A stretch of 21,207 nt of DNA from Candidatus Methylomirabilota bacterium. GTDB lineage: Bacteria > Methylomirabilota > Methylomirabilia > Rokubacteriales > CSP1-6. Shown here in pieces: positions 11,884 through 19,320 of this stretch. A program made the position numbers and the translations under genes. Each line of letters starts with the position of its first letter. The stretch's first letter is position 1. The stretch covers positions 1-21,207 of the forward strand of contig JBKPAK010000286.1 in the NCBI GenBank assembly GCA_046726415.1, read 5' to 3'. A model generated the notes under the pieces. It was not told the origin of the DNA and searched no databases. It saw nothing but the letters and a program-made list of their open reading frames with translations.

Positions 11884-12008
11884 GGGCGACCGCCGCTCCC
11901 CGCCCCACCATCACGAGACCTCGGAAGGCCGCCCCGGCCTGAGCGCCGCATGACCGGGCACGGCCGCTTGCGGCATCAACGCCACACGACTGTGGATCCC
12001 CTCCTGGC

Positions 12009-12443
12009 CTAGCGTTCGTCGAGAGGGTCGACGGTCTCCCCGCCAGAGGCGCTCGCACCCCTGGCCGTTCCGCCCTTCGCGAGGGCCTGCTGAATGGCGT
12101 CCAGGAACGCCTGGTCGTCGAACGGCTTGGGCAGGAAGTCCACCGCGCCAGCCTTCATCGCCTGCCCACGCAGCGGAATGTCGCCATGCCCGGTGATGAA
12201 GATGACGGGGATGTCATGACCGGCGGCGACCATGGCCTCGTGAGCATCGAGACCGGTGAGTCCAGGCATACGGACGTCGAGCACGAGACAATCGGGACGG
12301 TCGGAGTCGTGGCGGTCCAGGAGCTCGCGCGCCGAGGCGAAAGTCTCTACCCGGTGGCCCGCCGCTCGGAGCAGCCGCTCGAGGCTGCGTCGGACGGACG
12401 CGTCATCGTCGACGACGATCACCGTCGCCCCCCGAGCCTTCAC
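12009..12443 (-). CDS. Response regulator, FixJ-like receiver domain only (possibly truncated)
   Basis: VVDDD, LVLDVRMPG (phospho-Asp), FITGHGDIP and FLPKPF; no HTH. The GTG start overlaps the kinase stop (GTGA). Confidence 0.85.
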   Translation of the reverse strand: MKARGATVIVVDDDASVRRSLERLLRAAGHRVETFASARELLDRHDSDRPDCLVLDVRMPGLTGLDAHEAMVAAGHDIPVIFITGHGDIPLRGQAMKAGAVDFLPKPFDDQAFLDAIQQALAKGGTARGASASGGETVDPLDER

Positions 12444-15034
12444 ACCGATGGCTCCTCGGCCAGCGGCAGCGTGAAGTGGAAGGTCGCCCCGTGGGTCCGG
12501 TTGTTCGTGGCCCAGATGAGGCCGCCGTGTGCCTCGACGATGGACCGGGCAATGGAGAGTCCCATGCCCATCCCCGCGGCCTTCGTGGTGTAGAACGGTT
12601 CGAAGATCAGCTCGTGCGTCCCCTCTCGCAGCCCCGTTCCCGCATCCTCCACCGAGACGCGCGCGGTCTCCTGCCCCTGGCGACGCGTCAGCACGACGAC
12701 GGTCCGATTGCCACCGTCACCTTCTCCCATGGCTTCCATGGCGTTGAGCACGAGGTTCAGGACGACCTGCTGCAGATGGACTCGATCCCCGCGCACCACC
12801 GGGGCCTCGGGGTCGAGGTCCAGCGCCACCGCCATGTTCCGGATGAAGGCATCGTTGCTGACGAGCCTGGCCACGTCGCGCACGACGGCGTTGAGATCGA
12901 GGAGCGATTGCTGGGACTCTCCCTTGCGGAGCAGCTCGCGCAGTCGGCGGATTACCTCTCCGGCGCGCCGGTCATCGTCGACGATATCGGAGAGGATGCC
13001 GTGCAGCTCATCGATCGCCGGGGGGGTAGCGCCGAGGAATCGCCGGGCGGCCTGAGCGTTGGTGAGGATCGCGGTCAGCGGCTGACTCAGCTCGTGGGCG
13101 AGCGAGGCCGCCAGCTCGCCTATCGTGGAGACCCGAGTGAAATGGGCCAGCTCCTGGCGGCTGCGCTGAGCTTCCAGCTCCGCGCGCTTCCGCTCGGTGA
13201 TGTCGGTCTGGGAGACGACGGCGCCACCCTCGGGCCGGCCCAGCGGCACTACCGACAGAGCGAACCAGCGCTCGATGCCGGAGATGGACCATGGATAGGC
13301 CAGGGAGAATCCGGTCCTCGATCCGTCGAGCACCTCTTCGATGCCGCCCAGCGCTTCGGCGGCGAACGGCTCGCCCTCGCGTGCCGCATGCCGGCACACG
13401 TCGAGGTAGCTGACTCCCATGTCGATGCCGGCGTCCCAGGTCGCCCCATGCCCGTGCGTGCACTGCGCCGCATTCCGATTGACCGCGATGACGCGGCCTT
13501 CGCGGTCCAGCACGGCCACCATGCTGGTGAGGGAGGCGAGGATCGCGGACTTCATCGTCTCGCTCGTGCGCAGCGCATCTTCGGCCTGCCGGCGCGCGAG
13601 GGCATTGGCAAAGACCTCCTCTACCAGGCGGAGCCGCTGGACCAGCTCGGCCGGCCAGGCCCGCTCGCCGGACATCGACACGAAGGCGAGGCTGCCGAAC
13701 ACGCCCCCCCCGACCACGAGAGGGAATTCGAGCTCCGACTTGATGCCCATCCGCTCCAGCGATGCCTTGTCGAGGGCCGCTTCGGCCGGCAGATCCTCCA
13801 GCCGAGCGACGACGAACGGCTGTCCGCCGAGAAGCCGTTCAATCGTCCACGGGAAGTCGCCGTTCGCAAACATCGCAGGCGCCGGCTCGACCCCTGGGGC
13901 GGCCCAGGAACATGCGACCGTGAGCCTTTGCTGGTCGTCGGACAAGCGGAGGAGCGAGACGCGGTCGAGTTTCAGAAACTCCCCCAGGCGCCGGAGCCAC
14001 ATCTCGATCACCTGGTCCATCCGGTGACTGGGCAGGTGCACGAACGAGCCGGAGAGGCTCGACAGCAGCTCTTCGAAGCGCAACCGCTCCTCCAGATCTT
14101 CCTTGGCGCGCCGCCGCTCTTCGATGACACCGGCCAGGCACATCAACTGGACGGCCACCGCGATTAGGAACACCTGGACGGCGAGGACGCCTTGGGCGGG
14201 TGGCAATGCGCTGAAGGGCCCGTAGCCCTGCGTCCCGCTCCAGATGGCCAGGGCCGCCGTGGTCAGGAGCGCGAGGCTGATGCCGCCCGGGCCGAAGCGA
14301 ACGGCCGCCCACAACAACAACGGCAGGAGAAACGTCAGTGGAGCTCCAGGAAAGGGCGCCGGATCCTCGGTCGGTCCGCCAAAGATCACGAGCCCGATGA
14401 GGAGAAGCCCGAGCGCCAGGAAGGCGGCCTCGACCCGACGTGCGGTCGATGCACCCCGGACCCAGGCGGGTCCGGCGGTGATCACCATCACGAGCGCCGG
14501 CACCAGGGCCAACTCGGTGAGAACGTTGGAGAAGAAACGCGTTTGCCAGACGAACCAGTAGGGCTCGCCGCGCAGGCCCGCCACCGCCGCCGCATCGGCG
14601 AAGGAGGAGACGAAGGGAGCGACGAGCCCCGCGGCAATAATGAAGACGGTCGCGCGGCGCAGCGTGTCGAAGCGGACGGGAGCGTCGCTGAAGCGACGCA
14701 CGCCCATGGCCGCGATCAGGGCCTCGCTACAGTTCGTGGCGAAGAGCACCAGCACCAGCGACCATGGGAACCCGCCTCGCAGCTCCAGGAGGAGATGCGC
14801 GGGAAAGGCCGCGAGCAGATAGATCCACCACCTACGCGGTGGGATGAGCAGGAGCGCCGCGGTCAGGATCGAGTTAGGCGGCCACAGGACCGACGGGGTG
14901 GCCGGCGGAAATCGCAGCATGAAGCCGATCCACGCCCCGATGGCGTAGGCGACAGCCACCACGCCCGCGAGGGCGGTGGTGCGGAGGGAGAAGTCCGTAG
15001 AGAGACTAGGCTTCCAGCCCCGGAGCCCGCTCAC
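12440..15034 (-). CDS. Membrane sensor histidine kinase: MASE1-GAF-PAS-HisKA-HATPase (FixL/NodV-type core), 864 aa
   Basis: Polytopic N-terminus with the LWPPN and LLWAAVRFG MASE1 motifs. H-box LAHELSQPL, N-box QQVVLNLVLNAMEA, D-box VEDAGTG, F/G-box FEPFYTTK..GMGMGLSI. Confidence 0.95.
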   Translation of the reverse strand: MSGLRGWKPSLSTDFSLRTTALAGVVAVAYAIGAWIGFMLRFPPATPSVLWPPNSILTAALLLIPPRRWWIYLLAAFPAHLLLELRGGFPWSLVLVLFATNCSEALIAAMGVRRFSDAPVRFDTLRRATVFIIAAGLVAPFVSSFADAAAVAGLRGEPYWFVWQTRFFSNVLTELALVPALVMVITAGPAWVRGASTARRVEAAFLALGLLLIGLVIFGGPTEDPAPFPGAPLTFLLPLLLWAAVRFGPGGISLALLTTAALAIWSGTQGYGPFSALPPAQGVLAVQVFLIAVAVQLMCLAGVIEERRRAKEDLEERLRFEELLSSLSGSFVHLPSHRMDQVIEMWLRRLGEFLKLDRVSLLRLSDDQQRLTVACSWAAPGVEPAPAMFANGDFPWTIERLLGGQPFVVARLEDLPAEAALDKASLERMGIKSELEFPLVVGGGVFGSLAFVSMSGERAWPAELVQRLRLVEEVFANALARRQAEDALRTSETMKSAILASLTSMVAVLDREGRVIAVNRNAAQCTHGHGATWDAGIDMGVSYLDVCRHAAREGEPFAAEALGGIEEVLDGSRTGFSLAYPWSISGIERWFALSVVPLGRPEGGAVVSQTDITERKRAELEAQRSRQELAHFTRVSTIGELAASLAHELSQPLTAILTNAQAARRFLGATPPAIDELHGILSDIVDDDRRAGEVIRRLRELLRKGESQQSLLDLNAVVRDVARLVSNDAFIRNMAVALDLDPEAPVVRGDRVHLQQVVLNLVLNAMEAMGEGDGGNRTVVVLTRRQGQETARVSVEDAGTGLREGTHELIFEPFYTTKAAGMGMGLSIARSIVEAHGGLIWATNNRTHGATFHFTLPLAEEPSV

Positions 15035-15044
15035 GGCCGTCTAT

Positions 15045-15077
15045 TGTACGGGTCCTCGATGTGTACGGGTCCTCGAT
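15045..15077. repeat. Tandem direct repeat, 2 x 16 bp (17-bp period), in the kinase/regulator divergent promoter
   Basis: TGTACGGGTCCTCGAT at 15045-15060 and 15062-15077. Confidence 0.9.
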
Positions 15078-15103
15078 ATATGGACGGCGCGGGGACCGCC
15101 GAC

Positions 15104-15121
15104 ATGGGACCAAGGTCCTAT
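15104..15121 (+). promoter_or_regulatory. Candidate response-regulator operator, copy 2 (near-perfect palindrome)
   Basis: ATGGGACC-AA-GGTCCTAT, with 7 of 8 positions complementary. The -10-like TAGGGT lies 22 nt downstream (15144-15149). Confidence 0.6.
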
Positions 15122-15183
15122 GGCCGCGAACGGAGGCCTTCGCTAGGGTCCCTCGATGGGAAGGGTGGCAACTCACTCGGCCT

Positions 15184-15816
15184 ATGAGAACCGATGCGCT
15201 CGTGTACGTCGTGGACGATGACGAGTCCGTGCGCAAGGCCCTCGCCCGCCTCATCCGCGCGGCCGGTTTCGAGGTGGAGGCATTTCCCTCGGCCCAGGCT
15301 TTCCTGGAGCGCGAGATTACTGACCGCCCGTGCTGCCTCGTACTCGATATCCGACTCCCGGGCCAGAGCGGTCTCGACCTTCAGACCGATCTCGGCCCCA
15401 CCCAGCACACGATGCCAATCATCTTCATCACCGGTCACGGCACCGTGCCGGCCAGCGTCCGCGCCATGAAAGCGGGCGCCCTGGACTTCCTCCAGAAACC
15501 CTTCGACGAGTCCGAACTGCTCGACGGGGTCCGCCGCGCGCTGACCCGCAGTCGCGACGCTCATGCCATCGACGCCGAGCGCGCCGCCCTCCAGCGTAGG
15601 ATGGACACGTTGACCGCGCGCGAGCGGCAGGTCCTCGATCTCGTCGTGACCGGGATGCTCAACAAGCAGATCGCGGCGGAGCTGGGCGCGGCGGAGAAGA
15701 CGATCAAGGTGCACCGGGGTCGGGTCATGCGCAAGATGCAGGCCGACTCCGTCGCCGATCTCGTGCGGATGATGCAGAAGCTCGGACCGCACACCCCCGG
15801 CCGCTCGGGCCACTGA
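15184..15816 (+). CDS. FixJ/NodW/TodT-family DNA-binding response regulator (REC + LuxR HTH), 210 aa
   Basis: VVDDD, LVLDIRLPG, FITGHG and FLQKPF. HTH LTARERQVLDLVVTGMLNKQIAAELGAAEKTIKVHRGRVMRKM. Start set at ATG 15184. Confidence 0.95.
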   Translation: MRTDALVYVVDDDESVRKALARLIRAAGFEVEAFPSAQAFLEREITDRPCCLVLDIRLPGQSGLDLQTDLGPTQHTMPIIFITGHGTVPASVRAMKAGALDFLQKPFDESELLDGVRRALTRSRDAHAIDAERAALQRRMDTLTARERQVLDLVVTGMLNKQIAAELGAAEKTIKVHRGRVMRKMQADSVADLVRMMQKLGPHTPGRSGH

Positions 15817-15862
15817 CCGATCGACGTCCCAGCCGATCCTCATCTGCCGACCGGGGGGCGCC

Positions 15863-15879
15863 TGAGACCAAGGCCCCAT
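15863..15879 (+). promoter_or_regulatory. Candidate response-regulator operator, copy 3
   Basis: TGAGACCAAGGCCCCAT, 14/17 identical to 15105-15121. A weak -10-like GACACT lies 22 nt downstream (15902-15907). Confidence 0.55.
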
Positions 15880-15947
15880 AGCGCGCAGGCGCCACGATGC
15901 CGACACTGCACTCGACGGGCAGTGAAACGATCCCCGGGAAGAGTGAG

Positions 15948-16337
15948 GTGGCGCTCCTGGATCGCGACGTCGGCCCCGCGATCATCTGCGTCGTCGATGA
16001 CGACGATTCCGTTCTACGCGCGCTGCGACGGCTCCTCGCCGCGAGCGGGTTCGCGGTCGAGGTTTTCTCGTCGGCCGAGGGCTTTCTCGCGTCCACATAC
16101 CGGCAGCGGGCAGCCTGTCTCGTGTTGGACGTGCAGCTCCGTGGGTCGAGCGGCTTCGACCTCCAGCGTGAGCTCGTGGCCGCGGGCGAACGGATTCCCG
16201 TCATCTTCATCACGGCCCACGACGATGCGCCCACGCGGGACCGCGCACGCCAAGCCGGCGCGGTCCGCTACCTGCGAAAGCCCTTCGACGACGACTCGTT
16301 GCTCGACGCGATCAACTCTGCCATCGGCCGGGCTTAG
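15948..16337 (+). CDS. Single-domain response regulator (receiver only)
   Basis: VVDDDD, LVLDVQL, FITAHDD and YLRKPF. GTG 15948 is preferred; ATG 15897 is the alternative start. Confidence 0.9.
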   Translation: MALLDRDVGPAIICVVDDDDSVLRALRRLLAASGFAVEVFSSAEGFLASTYRQRAACLVLDVQLRGSSGFDLQRELVAAGERIPVIFITAHDDAPTRDRARQAGAVRYLRKPFDDDSLLDAINSAIGRA

Positions 16338-16341
16338 TACG

Positions 16342-16368
16342 ATGGGGGGCCAGGAAAAGGCCCCCCAT
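16342..16368. terminator. GC-rich hairpin directly after the regulator stop (possible terminator or RNA stabiliser)
   Basis: ATGGGGGGCC-aggaaaa-GGCCCCCCAT is a perfect 10-bp stem, with no following U-tract. Confidence 0.4.
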
Positions 16369-16370
16369 GC

Positions 16371-16503
16371 CCCACCGACGTGGTGATGGCCCTGGTGACC
16401 ATCTCGCGAGAGCGCGGGGACGTGGGCGCGGCCCTCCGTCACCTGGAGACGCTGACCGCCCTCGCGCCAGACGGCCGCGCGATCCAGGCGCTCAGGGCAG
16501 ACG
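16371..16503 (+). pseudogene. Possible orphan C-terminal TPR fragment
   Basis: PTDVVMALVTISRERGDVGAALRHLETLTALAPDGRAIQALRAD has the pattern of one TPR plus a capping helix. No upstream coding region. Confidence 0.4.
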
Positions 16504-16565
16504 CAGCGGGCCGCGTCCCGGCCTTGAGCGTCAGGGCCACGGGGGGCCTGTCGGCAGTCCCCAGA

Positions 16566-16994
16566 TCAGCGTTCTCGCTTGATACTAGGCTCCAGGGTCT
16601 GGAGGACGTCGCGGGCGGAGAACGCCTGTGCGGATGGTCGTTCGCCCTTGAAAGCCTTTATGGTGACCGCGACCATCGGATGGGACCCGCGCCCACTGCT
16701 CGTCGTTGACGGATAGCTGCCCGGACTCGCCTGGAAGAGTTGCGCGTCCGAGCTGCTGCCCACCACGATGAAGTAATCGAAGCCCGATTCGAGAGTCAAT
16801 TCCGCGCAGCGGTACAGCGTGTAGTTCTCGGCGGTCTGCCACGACGTGTCGGCATTGCCTCGAAACACGACATTGAACATGTCCACGCCGAGCCGCGTGT
16901 GCGAATAGCCACCCTCGAGGCCCACGGGCTGATAGGGGGTCGCGCAGGCGGTGAGCAAGACGGCGACCAGCAATCGCACCGAGACGTGCCCCAT
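16566..16994 (-). CDS. Small lipoprotein (CC0125/CC1285-like)
   Basis: Lipobox LTAC followed by ATPYQP...GGYS...FRGN..T...YTLYRCAELTLESGFDYFIV. Start is ATG 16994 or 17012. Confidence 0.8.
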   Translation of the reverse strand: MGHVSVRLLVAVLLTACATPYQPVGLEGGYSHTRLGVDMFNVVFRGNADTSWQTAENYTLYRCAELTLESGFDYFIVVGSSSDAQLFQASPGSYPSTTSSGRGSHPMVAVTIKAFKGERPSAQAFSARDVLQTLEPSIKRER

Positions 16995-17127
16995 CACCGG
17001 GTAGTGTCCCATAGGCGCCGCGCGACATCACGCACAACACCGCGAACGGTGAGTCGCTGAAAGCCGAGGCGCGATCGGCCGCCCAGGGTGGCGCTGGCCT
17101 CGGCACGGCGACATCGGGCAAGGTCGC

Positions 17128-17556
17128 CTACGGGCTCAGCACCGCACACGCGCCGAAGACTGTGAAGGCCGCGTCAGAATCGACCACGGCTGCCGACATC
17201 CGGCCCGAGGCTTCCATGATGACGACGCTCCAGCCGCGACCGTGCTGCCCGCCCTGCAGCACGAGCTGCCCGTCGAGGTTCGCGGCCGATCTGATCTCGG
17301 CGGTTCGGATGGCGCCATTGGCCGCACTGATCATCTTCTTAGGAACGTCAACCCTCAGCAGGGCTGGCAAATCGACCTCGTCTGTGGTCACCCGAACGCA
17401 CTGTCCCGAGCGCTCGCATTCCATCACCGTCTGCACCGCGCACAGCAACGGCGTGGCCCCATCGAAGGGTGCGGCCAACGCCAGCCCGGGTCCTCCGATC
17501 AACGTGCCTCCCACCATCGCCGTTGCCAGCCACCGCGATTTTCCGGGCGAGGTCAT
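17128..17556 (-). CDS. Exported hypothetical protein with four cysteines, 142 aa
   Basis: GGAAGGA RBS and a signal peptide ending ALA. LLCAVQTVMECERSGQC...FGAC; the beta-rich pattern LQG.Q.GRGWSVVI...GRM suggests a real gene. Confidence 0.8.
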   Translation of the reverse strand: MTSPGKSRWLATAMVGGTLIGGPGLALAAPFDGATPLLCAVQTVMECERSGQCVRVTTDEVDLPALLRVDVPKKMISAANGAIRTAEIRSAANLDGQLVLQGGQHGRGWSVVIMEASGRMSAAVVDSDAAFTVFGACAVLSP

Positions 17557-17570
17557 CGCTCACGTCCTTC

Positions 17571-18050
17571 CTATTGCACGGTGTAGCCGCGAGCGGTGAG
17601 GCACGCGCTCAGCGCCCGCTTGTACTCGGCTTGCCGCTGGGAGGCGGCGGCCTGGTATTGCTGGTTCTGGGCTTCCTGTTGTCGCGCCTGGTCCCTGCGT
17701 CGCATCGTGCCGAACAGGGCGCCGGTGGCGGCGCCAACCGCCGCCCCCGTGCCGGCATCCCCAGCGATGGCGCCACCTACGGCGCCGACAGCAGCCCCCC
17801 GCGCCGCTCCACGCACGGCGCCGCCCTGAGGCGCCGAAGCCGTAGGTGGCGGTGCCGGCGACGCGCCAGGGTCGAACCCCGTTTGCTGAACAGCCCATCC
17901 ATGACACTCGCCGCGATCTCGAGTTTGCTGATCCGCGCTCTGCCCTTTCTGGGGGTAAACGTAGAGACTCTGAGCCGTGGCCACGCCCGTCAGCGCAACC
18001 AGGGAGCAAACGAGCGCGACGGTTGCCTTTCGCCACACACCGGTTTTCAT
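17571..18050 (-). CDS. Exported glycine-zipper protein (YMGG-like), 159 aa
   Basis: GAGGA RBS before ATG 18050 and a signal peptide ending ATA. YVYPQKGQSADQQTRDRGECHGWA, zipper GAARGAAVGAVGGAIAGDAGTGAAVGAATG, C-terminal ACLTARGYTV. Confidence 0.88.
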   Translation of the reverse strand: MKTGVWRKATVALVCSLVALTGVATAQSLYVYPQKGQSADQQTRDRGECHGWAVQQTGFDPGASPAPPPTASAPQGGAVRGAARGAAVGAVGGAIAGDAGTGAAVGAATGALFGTMRRRDQARQQEAQNQQYQAAASQRQAEYKRALSACLTARGYTVQ

Positions 18051-18172
18051 GGTGAGTTCCTCACTGGCTGATGGGCTGGCCGTGTGGCCGCCCGATGGCC
18101 GCCGGACGTTGCCCGTCCAGGCGGGTAGATTGCATCGATCTCCCGGCCGCGGGAAGCGGGACTTTGAGCGTA

Positions 18173-19201
18173 TCACGACGATTCCCCGGCCCGCCTGAGC
18201 TTGTCGGCCCGAGCTCGCGCCGTGCGCGCCTCGTCGGGCTGACCTGCCTCTTCGAGCACGACCGCCAGGCGCTCGTAGAGGGGTCCCAGGGAGTCCACGG
18301 CTTCTGGGTCGTCTTCGTAGATGGCCAGGGCGCGGCGAAGCTGGAAGACCGCCAGCACGGGCTGCTGCAGACCTCGGTAGAGATCGGCGAGACGCTCGAG
18401 GCATACGGCCACCGCCACGCTGTTGGGGCCGCCCATTTCTTCCAGCGTGGCGAGGGCGCGGCGCAGCAGCGGTGCGGCCAACTCGAACTCGCCGTCGTCC
18501 ATGAACAGTTCGGCCAGGTATTGGGCGACTTCGGCGGCGGGGGCAGAATTGCTGCCGAGCGTGTGCTCGAAGGCGGAGAGCGCACGCCGGTAAAAGCGCT
18601 CGGCACGCTCGGACTCGCCGAGAGCGTCGCAGCAGAGCGCGAGCCCTTCCAGCGCTTCGGCCACCTCGAGATGGTCGGGCCCGAAGGCCGTCTCGAGGAT
18701 ATCGAGGGCGCGCCGGTAGAGGGGCTCGGCGTCCTCCTCCCGCCCGCCATCGCGCAGGACAATGGCCATCTCGAGCAGGACGCGCCCGATGTCGGGATGG
18801 CGCGCGCCGAGCGCGGCCTCGAGGATGCGTCGCCCGCGCCGAAAGAGTTCACGCCCTTGCTTGGTCTCGCCCTGGCCGGCCACAACGCAACCCAGACTGG
18901 TGAGGAGCGTGCCGACCTCTTCGTGGTCAGCGCCGCGCAAGCGCTCCAGGATGGCGAGGCGCCGCTCGCCGATTTCCCGAGCGCCTGCGGCATGTCGCTC
19001 CCGTCGCAGCTCGAACAGCTCACCGAGGATCTCGGCGACCATCTCGTCCCCCGCCCCGCTCTGTTCGGCGCCGGCTAGCGCCTCTTGGTACCGGCGCTCG
19101 GCCCGCTCGTATTTTCCGGCGCCGTCGGCGAATCTCGCGGCGTCGAAGAGAATTTCCCAGGGGCGATCCTGATCTTCGCGGTCGGAATCCTTGGCATCCA
19201 C
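18173..19201 (-). CDS. Tetratricopeptide repeat protein (kinesin-light-chain-like 42-aa repeats), 342 aa
   Basis: Repeating units LGARHPD...AEPLYRRALDILE / FGPDHLE...AERFYRRALSAFE / LGSNSAP...AAPLLRRALATLE. No other domain. Confidence 0.9.
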   Translation of the reverse strand: MDAKDSDREDQDRPWEILFDAARFADGAGKYERAERRYQEALAGAEQSGAGDEMVAEILGELFELRRERHAAGAREIGERRLAILERLRGADHEEVGTLLTSLGCVVAGQGETKQGRELFRRGRRILEAALGARHPDIGRVLLEMAIVLRDGGREEDAEPLYRRALDILETAFGPDHLEVAEALEGLALCCDALGESERAERFYRRALSAFEHTLGSNSAPAAEVAQYLAELFMDDGEFELAAPLLRRALATLEEMGGPNSVAVAVCLERLADLYRGLQQPVLAVFQLRRALAIYEDDPEAVDSLGPLYERLAVVLEEAGQPDEARTARARADKLRRAGESS

Positions 19202-19320
19202 GCTGAGCGTTCCCCCCCGCGGACGAGTGTACGCGAATCCTCGTACGCGCGCTGTCGGTGAGCGCGCTGGCCATCGTCCCCCGCGCGCGTGCTAGAGTGA
19301 CCCGGCGCATGAGGGACTTC

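Noticed and set aside
15045..15077. Direct repeat as a CRISPR remnant or insertion target-site duplication
   Set aside because: Only two adjacent copies with a 1-nt gap, and no spacers, cas genes or transposase.
12476..15187. 563-aa and 331-aa plus-strand ORFs
   Set aside because: Antisense shadows of the MASE1 kinase.
18061..19078. 335-aa plus-strand and 320-aa minus-strand ORFs
   Set aside because: Alternative frames overlapping the TPR gene, with no family signal.
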